Notes: generated by a model not told the origin, from the letters alone. A stretch of DNA of 64,000 nucleotides from Nitrosopumilus sp. (GCA_965238275.1 OZ250186.1:320001-384000), one strand, 5' to 3'. Counted from the stretch's first letter, positions 1 through 10,590 are shown. A program made the numbers and translations.

Positions 1-16
1 TTCAAGAAACGCTTAC

Positions 17-307
17 TTATGCATTTGGGTTTCTCTTCACTTCGATCTCGATTGTTGAAACATTTCTGTTTTTGCCGTCTTGTGACTCGAGGGACTCTGA
101 GCCGATCTTGATATAACCGATGGTGTATCCTGCGTTCTCTGTCTTTCTTGCAATGATTTGGGCTACATCTACAGCTCTACCAATGCTGAGTCCCCTAGCC
201 TTGATGTTCACGGCAGGTAAGCTTGCCAGTTGGATCAACGTGGATGTCACGTATGCCATCAATGGTTTCTTACCGATGAATATGGTGTCTCTTGCTTCGG
301 TTGACAT
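17..307 (-). CDS. albA: Alba DNA/RNA-binding chromatin protein
   Basis: IFIGKKPLMAYV...IKARGLSIGRAVDVA...VSTIEI is the Alba signature. Confidence 0.95.
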   Translation of the reverse strand: MSTEARDTIFIGKKPLMAYVTSTLIQLASLPAVNIKARGLSIGRAVDVAQIIARKTENAGYTIGYIKIGSESLESQDGKNRNVSTIEIEVKRNPNA

Positions 308-430
308 GCAAAATTTGATATTAAACGATAATTTAAAGCTAAAAGTATTGCCACAGAATAACGGGTGCGTGCAGGCCAGGGCATGTATCTTCGAGTCAGA
401 CAGCCCGGAGAAGAGGTGCCTAGCGAGGGT

Positions 431-964
431 TTGAGCGTCTCAAAAATTCTCAGGTCAGGCAGGAGCGCAGAGAAGATCAGGGTTCTGCAGACGATCAGTT
501 CCATCGACGACATGGAGGTCCTGGGGGAGATAGTCTCAAGGCTTGACGATGAGGACATCCAGGTGAGGGGCGAGGCCTTTGGCCTTCTGGTGCTCAACGA
601 CGGGGACATAACAGACTTTCTGGTGAGGGGCATGGAATCGCCTAGCAAAAACATCAGGGGTTTTCTGGCACTCGTGCTTGCAAACAGGAACGAGCAGTCT
701 GCAATACCGGAGATAACCAGGCTTGCCTGCGACGAGTCGTCCATGGTAAGATCCTGCGCGATCGGGGCCCTAGGCCACCTGAAGGCCAGAGATGCAGCAG
801 ACGTCTTTGTCAGGGCGCTTGAAGACGCCAGCCAGGAGGTGAGAAATAGCGCGCTGTTTGCAGTGATTGGCATGAACATTCCAGTATCCGAAGACAGGAT
901 GCAGGCTGTTCTCAGGGACGGCGATGTGGAGACTGCCAGAATGATCTCGCGCCTGAGGGGATAG
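431..964 (+). CDS. HEAT-repeat protein (probable TTG start at 431; ORF open from 365)
   Basis: Repeated LxDedxxVRxxAxxaL motifs (LDDEDIQVRGEAF, CDESSMVRSCAIGAL, LEDASQEVRNSAL). Confidence 0.85.
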   Translation: MSVSKILRSGRSAEKIRVLQTISSIDDMEVLGEIVSRLDDEDIQVRGEAFGLLVLNDGDITDFLVRGMESPSKNIRGFLALVLANRNEQSAIPEITRLACDESSMVRSCAIGALGHLKARDAADVFVRALEDASQEVRNSALFAVIGMNIPVSEDRMQAVLRDGDVETARMISRLRG

Positions 965-969
965 CGGAT

Positions 970-1007
970 TGGAACGGTGCGTGGCGTTTTTAGGTTTGGC
1001 CGTGCCC
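970..1007. repeat. Degenerate att-like junction, probable distal island boundary
   Basis: tggaacgg (cf. tggaccgg) followed by tttttaggtttggccgtgccc (cf. tttttaggttccgccgtgcct), immediately after the HEAT gene stop. Confidence 0.5.
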
Positions 1008-1098
1008 GCTAGAATGGAGTAATTCCGGTCAGCCCGGATCATGAATCCCGGCCGGGTTGCACAAAGAACCGAAAGTACGCCTGCAAGCCACCTTGTGT

Positions 1099-2079
1099 CT
1101 ACATGGGTGCCCGACTGTGCGTGTGCCCCTTTTGGGTGCCTGTCTTGCCTGATGGAGACGGCGATGCTGTGCGGGGCGGACGGCCCCGCGTGCGCCGCCT
1201 TTGGACGTGGACCGTATTGCGCGGCTCTTCCCACGACTCCTGCTGCCCGCCCAGAAATGCATCCATCCCCGCAGGCGAGGCGCACTCGTATATCTCCTCC
1301 ATGGCAGGCATGAACTTCTCCTTTCCCCTCCAAAACGGAAAGCTGCCCAGCTGCTTGGGCAGGGCTGCATGCATCTCCGGCACGTGCGCAGACATCTCCG
1401 GTTCGCCCGTCACCCTCTCCCGGCCCCAGAACTTGCCCGGATCCGTCGAAAGCGGCTCTGCAGGCAGCAGACCGGCAGGGGCAGCCACCTCCACCGGCCT
1501 GAGATTGGCTGCCTTGAGAAGATCCTCCACGTCGGCTCCGCGCATCTTGAATATGAGGAACGGATCGCGGTCAAACTCCTCTGCCAGGATGTAGTATACT
1601 GCCGCCACGTGCTTGCACGGGTTTGACCAGTCAAAGCAGTCGCAGTCTGTCTTGAGATCCTTGCCCTTGGACGGCAGCAGTGAGTATCCGACTTTGGCAA
1701 AGATCTCCTCCACATCCTCAGGCATCCGGCCGGCCAGCAGGCTTGCGGCAATGTCCGGCCGCGCAAAAAGCTCCGGCACCGCCATCTTCCAGGCCCGCGC
1801 AGGCAGGACCTTGACCTTGATTCCCACCTCGTAGGGCTTCCGCTCAGAGCCCTGCACGCGTCCGGTTACCATGCCATTTTCCACACGCACAGACACCACC
1901 TGGCCCCGGCGGGCATACGTCCTGCCGCGTGCAAGCCGCTCATCTATGTTAAAGTCGTCAAGTATGTTGATCCACCTCTTGGCCCACCAGCTCTGGCCAA
2001 ACGCGCCGCGTTTGGTCTGCGCCTTGATGCCGCCCTTGACCTCCCGGGGCCCTGTGGACCTGTAGTACCAAAACGACAC
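1099..2079 (-). CDS. SWIM zinc-finger protein, partner of SNF2 helicase
   Basis: RLARGRTYAR and CDCFDWSNPCKHVAA (CxCx5CxH SWIM) motifs; GTG start overlaps the SNF2 stop (TAGTG). Confidence 0.9.
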   Translation of the reverse strand: MSFWYYRSTGPREVKGGIKAQTKRGAFGQSWWAKRWINILDDFNIDERLARGRTYARRGQVVSVRVENGMVTGRVQGSERKPYEVGIKVKVLPARAWKMAVPELFARPDIAASLLAGRMPEDVEEIFAKVGYSLLPSKGKDLKTDCDCFDWSNPCKHVAAVYYILAEEFDRDPFLIFKMRGADVEDLLKAANLRPVEVAAPAGLLPAEPLSTDPGKFWGRERVTGEPEMSAHVPEMHAALPKQLGSFPFWRGKEKFMPAMEEIYECASPAGMDAFLGGQQESWEEPRNTVHVQRRRTRGRPPRTASPSPSGKTGTQKGHTHSRAPM

Positions 2080-5000
2080 TACTGTCCTTCCTCCTCTCCC
2101 CCGCCAAGCGACAGCATGTCCCTCAGGTCGTCGTCGGACATCTCCGTCAGCCACTTCTCGCCGGTCCCGACCACCATGCGGGCCACCCTTACCTTGCGCT
2201 CGATCATGCCGTCTATCTTCTCCTCGAGTGTTCCTGCACAGATAAACTTGTGGACTTGGACGTTGCGCTTCTGGCCGATGCGGAAGATCCTGTCTGTAGC
2301 CTGGTCCTCCACGGCCGGGTTCCACCAGCGGTCAAAGTGGAAGACGTGGCTTGCCGCCGTGAGGTTCAGCCCCGTGCCGCCTGCCTTCAATGAGAGGATG
2401 AATATCTGCGGCCCGTCCCGGCAGTTCTGGAAACGCTCGACCATCCGGGTGCGCTGTCCCCGGGGGACGCCGCCATGAAGGAACAGTACCTCCAGCCCGA
2501 ACGTCTCTTGCAGGTGGCGTTTGAGCATGTGGCCCATCTCGGCAAACTGGCTGAATACCAGCGCCCGGTCGCCGGATTCCACCACCTCCTCTAGCATCTC
2601 TGTCAGCCTAGCCAGCTTGCCGGACCGGCCGGGTATGCCGGAGCCGTCGGAGAGGAACTGTGCCGGGTGGTTGCAGACCTGCTTGAGTTTGGATATGGTG
2701 GAGAGTATTATCCCTTTCCTCTGGATGCCCTCGGACTCGTTCAGATCCCTCATGCACTCATCCAGAACGGAGGCGTACAGGGATGCCTGCTCCTCTGTCA
2801 GCGGGCAGAACATCTTTGCCTCCATCTTTTCTGGCAGGTCGGAGATTATGGACTTGTCAGTCTTTAGTCTCCGGAGTATGAACGGCCCGGTGGCACGTTT
2901 GAGCTGCTCTGCTGCCTTGGCGTCCTGTTTTGCCTGGATCGGCACGAAGAACTTGCGCCGAAACTCCTCCCGCGTTCCCAAAAACCCGGGATTCAGAAAC
3001 TCCATGATCGACCACAGGTCGCCTACGTTGTTCTCCACCGGCGTTCCTGTCAGGGCAAGGCGGTATTCGGCCCCCAGCGACCTGACGGCCCGTGCCTGCT
3101 TGGTCTCCGGGTTCTTGATGTTCTGCGCCTCGTCCAACACCACCCCGTCCCAGCTGACCATGCCGAACATGTCGGCATCCCGCTGCATCAGCCCGTAGCT
3201 GGAGACGACGATGGCGTGCTTTTCTGCCGCCTTTCTAAACGCCGCCCCGCGCATCCTGCCTGTGCCGTGGTGGATCATCACAGGCAGCCCGGGGGCAAAG
3301 CGTGCAGCCTCCCGGTACCAGTTGTCCACCACCGACGTAGGGCAGACCAGCAGGACGGGCCGGCTGCCTACCTGCCAGTCGCGCTGCACGAGTGCCAGTG
3401 TCTGGACGGTCTTGCCAAGGCCCATGTCATCTGCCAGGCATCCTCCAAGACCCCACCGGCGGAGAAACGAAAGCCAAGAGTAGCCGCGGACCTGGTACGG
3501 CCGGAGCGTGCCTGAGAACCCTTCGGGTTGCTCAAGATCCCCTATTCCCTCCGTCCCGTCAAGCTGCCCGAGCACCTCGGCAAGCCTGCCGGTGGATTTG
3601 ACGCCGTCGATCTCAAGCCCCCCGGGCGTCTCTTCTGCCCCCAGTGCCATCCGGATCACGTCCTTGAATTGCGCCCTTCCCTTGCCCTTCTTGAGAAACT
3701 TGATGGCAGACTGGATCTCAGAGGCGCTGACCTCCATCCACTGTCCGCGAACCCTGACCAGCGACGACTTCATCTCGGCGATCTCCTCGAGCTCTTCAAG
3801 CGTGACCTTCTGGCCGCCCAGCGCAACCTCCCATTCGAACCTCATTATCGCATCAAGCGACAGCCCCCCATATCCTTTCATTTTGGGTGCCTGCACGCTG
3901 ACCCGCGCTGCAAGCTTGGCCCTTGCGCCCTTGCTAGTCCACCAGGACGGGAGCATGATCCCATATCCTGCCTGCTCGAGTGCTGCGGCCTCGGCTGCAA
4001 GGAACTCGTATGCTCCCGGGGTGTCGACTGCGTGACCTTCCAGCCGGGCGTCCTTCAGGCCTGCGGCAACGCCTCTGCATATGCCCGAGGCCTGTCCGAG
4101 CGAGAGGAGCAAAAATTCCTTGGCATTGGAGCCGCTCCTGTCCAGCACGGCAGCCCCGCCGCCCCATACCTCGGCTGCCGACACTATCAGGCTGGGATCG
4201 TCCCGGGCTTGGAGCAGGTAGCGGACAAACCACGCGCCGCCGGCATCTGCGCCGCCGGCAGGCTCCTCCAGGCGGAAGCAGAGACGAAAGGGGGAGGCAG
4301 TTGATACCGTTATGGATCGTTGCCATCCGTCTATCTGGACGGCAAGTCCGGCCAGGCCAGAAGAATCCCCGTGGGTTATCCCGTCTTCAGACTTTAGGGC
4401 GTAAAGCCAGGAATCGTGCATGCTGTCGAACTTGGCACGGTGTTGCCCGGACGACACGTACGGTGCGGCCCTGCGTACCATGTGGTCAGTCAGCGAGGCG
4501 ACTATCTCTTTGAGCACCACGGCTGCAGGCATCTCGGGGGCCTTCCGTGCGCCAGGCTTTGAAAGCGCCCTTGCCACAGCCGGCATGCGCCGGGCCAGCA
4601 TGCCGAACCTCTCGGCGTCCCTGCCCACAAAGACGGGATTCCACTTTGCCGTGTACCGTCCCCTGTCTTCCTCCAGACCGGGAAGGAACTGCTGCCGCGC
4701 GACCAGAAAGCCTGCAAGGCGCAGCACATCTGCCCAGTACGCCATGTCGGCACCGACTAGCACGCCGGGTGTGACAGTCCGCCTGCCTGCAGACGCGCCC
4801 AATAGGCCCACTGCCTCTCCCGGAGACAGCCTGCGTGCGGCGACTTGCCACGCCGCCATCCTTGTCCCTGCTCGGGACGGGGGAGGCTCTGCGATTATGT
4901 CGCTTGACGGGACAGGGTAGGAACCCCGGGTGGGCAGCCAGACAGTTGCCGTGCACTCCCCGGTCGTCTTTGAATCCGAAGGCAACACGGTCTCCAAGGC

Positions 5001-5159
5001 CCGGGCCAGAGCCTCAGAGTTGGCACCCAGCGGATGCTTCCTTGCCCGGAAGAGCCTTACGCCCTTCCACCAGGGTACAGCGCCTGTACGGTAGTTGCGC
5101 GCCTCCTCCCCCCAGAGAACTATGCTTCTCTCGTGGGCACCGGCGTGAAGAATTATCAT
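2079..5159 (-). CDS. SNF2-family DEAD/DEAH helicase/ATPase
   Basis: LADDMGLGKT, LDEAQNIKN, TGTPVEN, SLKAGGTGLNL, WWNPAVEDQATDR; likely start MIILHA at 5159. Confidence 0.95.
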   Translation of the reverse strand: MIILHAGAHERSIVLWGEEARNYRTGAVPWWKGVRLFRARKHPLGANSEALARALETVLPSDSKTTGECTATVWLPTRGSYPVPSSDIIAEPPPSRAGTRMAAWQVAARRLSPGEAVGLLGASAGRRTVTPGVLVGADMAYWADVLRLAGFLVARQQFLPGLEEDRGRYTAKWNPVFVGRDAERFGMLARRMPAVARALSKPGARKAPEMPAAVVLKEIVASLTDHMVRRAAPYVSSGQHRAKFDSMHDSWLYALKSEDGITHGDSSGLAGLAVQIDGWQRSITVSTASPFRLCFRLEEPAGGADAGGAWFVRYLLQARDDPSLIVSAAEVWGGGAAVLDRSGSNAKEFLLLSLGQASGICRGVAAGLKDARLEGHAVDTPGAYEFLAAEAAALEQAGYGIMLPSWWTSKGARAKLAARVSVQAPKMKGYGGLSLDAIMRFEWEVALGGQKVTLEELEEIAEMKSSLVRVRGQWMEVSASEIQSAIKFLKKGKGRAQFKDVIRMALGAEETPGGLEIDGVKSTGRLAEVLGQLDGTEGIGDLEQPEGFSGTLRPYQVRGYSWLSFLRRWGLGGCLADDMGLGKTVQTLALVQRDWQVGSRPVLLVCPTSVVDNWYREAARFAPGLPVMIHHGTGRMRGAAFRKAAEKHAIVVSSYGLMQRDADMFGMVSWDGVVLDEAQNIKNPETKQARAVRSLGAEYRLALTGTPVENNVGDLWSIMEFLNPGFLGTREEFRRKFFVPIQAKQDAKAAEQLKRATGPFILRRLKTDKSIISDLPEKMEAKMFCPLTEEQASLYASVLDECMRDLNESEGIQRKGIILSTISKLKQVCNHPAQFLSDGSGIPGRSGKLARLTEMLEEVVESGDRALVFSQFAEMGHMLKRHLQETFGLEVLFLHGGVPRGQRTRMVERFQNCRDGPQIFILSLKAGGTGLNLTAASHVFHFDRWWNPAVEDQATDRIFRIGQKRNVQVHKFICAGTLEEKIDGMIERKVRVARMVVGTGEKWLTEMSDDDLRDMLSLGGGEEEGQ

Positions 5160-5487
5160 TATACACGCTTGAGATACAGGCAAATAAAACATGCGTGGTT
5201 TTGGGTGGCATGGTTTTGGCTCGCATCCGTTGCCGCACCATGCCGATCCAACATGCCAACGGACCCTTCGGAGGGCGATGCGCCGCACCGGCTTCACGTA
5301 TGAAAAACCCCGAAACGTCTCGCACGGATCCACCCCAAGGGAGGCACAGGGCCGCCAGAACGAGCGAAGCGGGCGGAGGCGGCTGGCGGGTAAGCGGTAT
5401 GCAGACGGGCATCGTGCCAATTGGCATTAAATTAGATTCAAAATATCGTCCAGTTGCTTTTGTGGCCTAAATCATTCTGGAAGATCA

Positions 5488-5995
5488 TCAGGCCGCATAA
5501 TGGCGGATTGCCTGCTCTATTCGAGAGTATTCCGTATCGGACTTGGCAAGGTACCTGATTTCACCCCACCTGATTTTTGGCCCACAGCGGACTGCCAGTC
5601 TTTGCAGGTCTTCAATGTCCTGGTCACGCCCTGCCCTGAACTTTGCAACAATCAGTCCTTCCAAAGAGATGGCATTGACGGTGGTTCCTTTCCTGTCTGC
5701 CGGAATTGCCTCCGCCGTCTTTAGGATGTGCTCCAGCGGAATGTCATTCAAGTCCCGCTTGTGATATACGTCAATTTTGTATCCCCTTGGCGTGAATTTG
5801 TTATCTCTTGGCTGGTTGATTTTGTATCCCCTAGCCAAAAACTCATCGTTTGTTATCTGTTCGGCAACGACAAAATCCAGATCCAGGGATTGTCGTTGCT
5901 CGCCGGTATGCAGCATGACTGCAACTGCCCCCGACAAACGTGGCGGTCCTAAAATCCCGAGAAATGTCCATGGCTTCCCTAATGAGCGGTATCAT
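5488..5995 (-). pseudogene. Nucleotidyltransferase (AbiEii-like type IV TA toxin), frameshifted
   Basis: MIPLIREAMDISRDFRTATFVG joins AVAVMLHTGEQRQSLDLDFVV if one G is removed from the G5 run at 5928-5932; C-terminal KFRAGRDQDIEDL. Confidence 0.7.
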
Positions 5996-6668
5996 TTGGC
6001 AGCAAGTCCTCCTGAACCTTCCATATGGTGTCTCCTGCAAACCTGACCCTGATTTTTACCACGTCCTTGTGGGTCAGCATGATTGCCGCGGCATCCAAAA
6101 AACTCCGTCCGCCGTTTGCCACGCAGTCAAGAAAGACCCTCTCAATCAAATTTTCAAAGGAGCCGATCTTTGGAAGAAGCACGACGCTTCCCCTTTTTCC
6201 TTCCCGAAACCCGTGGCTTTTCAAAAGCTTGGAGACATCTTCAACATTGTCAACGTAGACATGCAGGTCAAGCGGGGTCTGAAACCTTGTCAATTCATGG
6301 GCCCGGTGGTCAAGCGTTATGATTGAACCATTTGGGAGATGTTTTTTCATAAAGTTAACGTCAGTCGGCTTGTAATGCCTTCCAAACCTCCTGGCTTTTT
6401 TGAGTGACATTAATGAAGAGACGATGCTTTGCAAAACAAGGTACGGTTGGGATACGACCTCCCTTTTTATCGTGAATGTGCCACGGTTGCAGTCTGCCAG
6501 CCCCAACTCCTCCAAACGGATCAGTCTCCTTCTGATGGTTCTAGCCGACAGGCCAGAGGCGTCTTTCAGGCTCTTTAGGTCATAGACTGGACTGGGGGGC
6601 AGCTCCTGTGCAAATCCGATTGCATCCTTTGCCTTTTCAAGCATTGATGCACATTCATCCATATTCAT
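5979..6668 (-). CDS. Winged-HTH protein, AbiEi-like antitoxin/regulator
   Basis: N-terminal HTH (LKDASGLSARTIRRRLIRLEELG), C-terminal ERVFLD motif; overlaps the downstream NTase. Confidence 0.6.
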   Translation of the reverse strand: MNMDECASMLEKAKDAIGFAQELPPSPVYDLKSLKDASGLSARTIRRRLIRLEELGLADCNRGTFTIKREVVSQPYLVLQSIVSSLMSLKKARRFGRHYKPTDVNFMKKHLPNGSIITLDHRAHELTRFQTPLDLHVYVDNVEDVSKLLKSHGFREGKRGSVVLLPKIGSFENLIERVFLDCVANGGRSFLDAAAIMLTHKDVVKIRVRFAGDTIWKVQEDLLPNDTAH

Positions 6669-6821
6669 ACAATAATGGTAATATGTGCAGTATATTTATA
6701 CTTTGGACAAATTTGTCTCTTCATATATATGATAGCACATAAAAATGGCTACCAAACCAGACAATCAAGGCACAATCTACGACACGGCATGCCAAGCCAA
6801 ACCATCCCGCCCGTCGTGAAC

Positions 6822-7175
6822 CTACCGCGGGTAAAACGACGGGCATTGGAGGATCATCCAGCTCACCGAAGGGGTATTCGCGCCGCAAGTGGAGCGGAGC
6901 CGGAGGCGCGGATGCAGCAGACGATCCCGGAGATTCTTGGACAGGTTCAGCAGCAAGTCGCGCTTACACTCCGACTCCCCCCTGCCGTGCCGCACCAGCT
7001 GCACCACGAGCTCCTCGAACGTTACCTCCAGTATGTCCTCGAGGAACTCGCACGTTATCTTGCGCAGCGTCCGGGTGTACTTGTCTAGGGTCTCCTTGGA
7101 CTTTATTCCCTGCGCGAACAGGTCCATTGGGGACGCGTCCTTTGCCCTTTCGATCTCGTCTTTTGCCAACTTCAC
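6822..7175 (-). pseudogene. Tyrosine integrase N-terminal fragment
   Basis: KLAKDEIERAKDASPMDLFAQGIKSKETLDKYTRTLRKITCEFLEDIL resembles thaumarchaeal integrase N-termini; homologous to 9996-10139; starts ~40 nt from the att core; truncated. Confidence 0.7.
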
Positions 7176-7216
7176 GTATTCATATGCATATGGAACCCGG
7201 AAAAGCCCTGTAAATA

Positions 7217-7350
7217 GTGGACCGGAAGGGGTCTGCAGCGATAACAAGGCATTTTTAGGTTCCGCTGTGCCTGTAAAATCATCCAGTGTCATTCCAGCAG
7301 CAACCCGTCACCAGTTTGGATCACCTGCCAGATAACAAACCAAGCGATTT
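7217..7350. repeat. attP-like junction (tRNA core + conserved arm)
   Basis: gtggaccggaaggg (7217-7230) is identical to 52581-52594; followed by tttttaggttccgctgtgcctgtaaaatcatc; upstream ~85 nt resembles 52495-52580. Confidence 0.85.
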
Positions 7351-7566
7351 TGTGATGTGATGGAGACAGTACTTACGACGGTTGTCCCACTACCATGAAA
7401 ATTATTCACATATAGGACATGGGGTTTGAGGCATACGTACCGGGAATGCAAGTCAACATGGCTTACGGCTGTTAACTGCCGCGCCACGGCAGAACGCGTC
7501 GTTTGTCCCTTTTTACCACAACCGCCGCTACATGATGGCAGTCTTTTTTGTACTGAATTTGTAGAG

Positions 7567-7842
7567 TTAGTCTCTGCCATATACTGACTTGTGATCTCCC
7601 ACGACCACCAGCAGAATGATCTTTTGTTGGCTGATGACCTTGTAGATTAGCCGATACGAGCGTCCAAGCTCATATGCAAGGTATCCTTTGAACTTGCCTT
7701 TTTTTGGAATGCCTGCATCTTCAGGGTTTTCAGATTTTGCAAGGTGTAATATGGCATCATCCACGCGATTTTGCAGTTGTGATGAAAGTTTTTTGTAGCT
7801 GCTGACAAACAGATTTGTTCTCTCTATCCGCCACAAAATCAT
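7567..7842 (-). CDS. RelE/ParE-family toxin
   Basis: 91 aa; F.SSYKKL...YRLIYKV...LLVVVGDHKSVY typical of the RelE superfamily. Confidence 0.85.
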   Translation of the reverse strand: MILWRIERTNLFVSSYKKLSSQLQNRVDDAILHLAKSENPEDAGIPKKGKFKGYLAYELGRSYRLIYKVISQQKIILLVVVGDHKSVYGRD

Positions 7843-7982
7843 TCAGACCTGCGAAGATCTTCTATTAGCGCTTCGGGTGTTTCAAATGATTTTGGTTTGT
7901 CCTTTCCAGATTCGTATTGTTCTATTGCATACTCTTCGTTTGGCCACAGGCTGTCTGTCGCAGCCTGTTTTGTTTCTGACAT
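7839..7982 (-). CDS. Small acidic putative antitoxin (47 aa, not in ORF track)
   Basis: Hand translation MSETKQAATDSLWPNEEYAIEQYESGKDKPKSFETPEALIEDLRRSE*; ATGA overlap with the toxin start. Confidence 0.7.
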   Translation of the reverse strand: MSETKQAATDSLWPNEEYAIEQYESGKDKPKSFETPEALIEDLRRSE

Positions 7983-8025
7983 GCATTACAATGCCTCTCG
8001 TTGTTTTTAAGATTGTCCATCTTTC

Positions 8026-9379
8026 AACTCTGTTTCCTAATTACGCTCGACACAGATACTCGTCTGTGCAATTCTGCCTACGTCGTCGTCTTGCCCCCTT
8101 CCCTTGCAGTCCTTGGGCCGGGCTTGTAGGCTTGCACGATCCTTGGCGTGCCGTACCCGTTGTCGATTGCAGTATCGATCATCTGGTTGTACAGCTGCAC
8201 CTTTCCGTATATCTCGGCCTTGACGTTCTCCCACTTGCGCGCGCTTATGCACTCGCCCAACACCCGCTTGAACGTGGAAAATACAATCTCGACTGACCAC
8301 CGGTCGTTGTACCCTGACTCCCTGCGCCACGCCTTCTGGAATTCCCTCTTTTGTTCGCGCGTGAGGCCTGCAAACTTGCGTTCTGCCGTCTTGTCCATGC
8401 AGTCCAGGTCCCCCAGCTGCCTGAATCCTGCCTCCTTGCGGGGCATGCACCCGTTCGCCTTTCCGGCAAAGTCGATGCGGACGGGAATCAGCGGCTCGAT
8501 TCCCTGCTCGTCGCAGTACCTGCGGATCTTCTGGGTGTCGTACGCGCCGTCGGCTGCCGCCTTGGTGCCTGCAGAAGTGTCTGAGTTTGGTGATTTTTTT
8601 GCATTTGCAAGGGCCTGCCCCACCAGTTCCTCAAACTGCGGAGAGTCCCCGCACTTGTCGTCGGTTATGGCCACGGCGTAGATCTTTTTGGTTTTGGCAT
8701 CCACCCCGACGTGCAGCTTTATGAAGCCCCGCCTGGTCCCCCACTTTTCTGTCATCCAGTCGCCGCGGTTTGTGGGCTTGAGTCCAGTGGAGTCGAAGGC
8801 AAACAGCTTGATCTCGGCCCGGGTGCCGCCGTCTGAGAACCACGCAGAAGCCGTGCCGCTACCATCATCATTGTCTGCAACAGTGCAGCCAAGCTTGGCC
8901 ATCCTCTTCTGGAACGCCGAGTACGTGGGCGCGTTTTCCTTGCCGACTATCGTCTCTGCCAGACCCTGGAGCTGCCTGTACCTTATGCCGGTGGCGTTTT
9001 TGAACAGGGATGCTGCTGCAAAGCACGCGTTTGAAAATACGTACGGGCGGCCTACCTTCCCGCAGTTTAGCTTCTCGACTCCCTGAGTCAGGATCTCCGG
9101 GCTTATCTGGAGCGTCCACAACTGGCCGCGGTCTATGTACCTGCGGTCATCGTACTGGAACCGGCGTTCTTTGGATTTGAAAGATTTTTTAGCCTCATGC
9201 GTGCCCGTTTTGTCTGGAGAGGATGTGTTTTCAGTCATGGCGGTAACCTGACTGTCTGCACACCTCTCTGATCAATACGGTTTTCTATTGAAGATGTTTG
9301 ATATTATGTTCAAATTCAACTGATCTGGCCTAATTCTGAACCTGTTGGGTGTGACTGGCGATAATTAGGAAACAGAGTT
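8026..9379 (-). mobile_element. IS5-family (IS903-like) element, copy 1; transposase 8078-9238
   Basis: 18-bp TIR aactctgtttcctaatta, 8-bp TSD catctttc; DSTG / KLHVGVD / ADGAYD / RWSVE motifs. Confidence 0.93.
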
Positions 9380-10139
9380 CATCTTTCAGGCAGAACCATC
9401 GCCTCAAGGCGGCACCGGGTCCAAAATAGGCAGCAGGCGGTAACGGGCGCCCCATGCGCTCGGCCCACGCGTGGTCGTACAGTTGCAACGCGTCGTACGC
9501 CTCCAGCGTTATGAATGTCATTACAGGTAGGCCGAACCGCAGTACACGTACAGTGCAGCGCACGCTACCAGGTAGCTTTCAGTCTCTGGATCCAGCAAGA
9601 GGTCTTCTCCTACCCGGTACACCGGCACCAGATCTTTCCAGTTCATGTCCAGTGCGCCGCACCGCACGCCCGAGCTTGCCAGCACCAACACCAGCACTTT
9701 TTCCACCTGGGGGCGCGCGTACTTGAGCATCATCATTACGTCCTACCGGGTTCAGTCCACCAAATCGGACATGTTGTCTGATTCCGGGTACGTCGCGTAG
9801 AGTCTCTTTCACAGGATCGCCACGTAGTTCATGTCAAAGTGGTTCTTGATCGTTTTGAAGTAGTTGCCAAACGATGCCGGGTTCAGGCAGTCGGAATCAC
9901 CCCTGGGAAGCAGCGTTGTCCTCCTGCAATTTTCGGGACACGTTGAGTATCAGGTCGCGCGTCCATTCCGGATCCTTCTTGGTGTGCGTGACCAGCTACG
10001 CGTTCTTTGAACTCGTCTTCCAGCATCTCCTCAAGGAAGCTGCACGGGACTTGGCGCAGCGTCCTAGTGTACTTTTCCAGCGGCGGCGGCGGGATATTGC
10101 GTCCTTCCTTCTAACGATCTTGTCTTTTGTCGACTTCAT
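9380..10139 (-). pseudogene. Degraded tyrosine integrase
   Basis: Multi-frame fragments: MKSTKDKIVRRKDA, KVLVLVLASSGVRCGALDMNWKDL (catalytic Arg box), FITLEAYDAL. Confidence 0.75.
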
Positions 10140-10182
10140 ATATTCAGATACTAGGAAACCCAGAAAAATTATGTTAATAGAA

Positions 10183-10250
10183 TGGACAGGAAGGAATTTG
10201 GTATGAAATTGTAACTTTTTTAGGTTCCGCCGTGCCTGCAAAATCATCTC
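10183..10250. repeat. attP-like junction (tRNA core + conserved arm)
   Basis: tggacaggaaggaatttg matches 16/18 to 52582-52599; followed by ttttttaggttccgccgtgcctgcaaaatcatctc. Confidence 0.8.
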
Positions 10251-10590
10251 ACCCATCACATTCTTTGAACCGACTGTACAGAACCGGTTGAAATGGTACG
10301 GTCTGGAGGCAGATTCGTTCCAATATAGATCCGTGCCCTGACTGAGTCGTTCTCGGACAACACAGTACTTCGTAGTAGCATACCATGACACATTATCAGG
10401 CATCAATCCACCATAGTTATATCAGGAACCGTTCTGACACAGGTTATCCCATAGTTTGTGGTTTGATTGGTTCGATTTTGCCTGAACTTGTTTGTGTCAC
10501 TATAGTTACATTCGAATACCGCGTGTGAGAAACTTTCATATCGATATATTTGAGAATCAATTCTAGATATAGGTGCACAGGGCATACGTA

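Noticed and set aside
1011-1100. Possible tRNA or ncRNA at the left island boundary
   Set aside because: Only a hairpin (agcccgg...ccgggtt) is visible; no T-loop or cloverleaf
5160-5420. 87-aa N-terminal extension of SNF2 in the ORF track
   Set aside because: Low-complexity Arg/Cys-rich translation; the conserved-looking start is MIILHA at 5159
2116-5470. Numerous antisense and alternate-frame ORFs over SNF2 (and likewise over transposases and core genes)
   Set aside because: Shadow ORFs typical of GC-rich coding DNA, with no recognisable motifs
6822-7292. SSV1-type integrase split by att (ORF reads through the core from 7292)
   Set aside because: Three homologous copies share a start (M/V-KxxKxxI) ~40 nt inside the core, so the upstream extension is probably fortuitous
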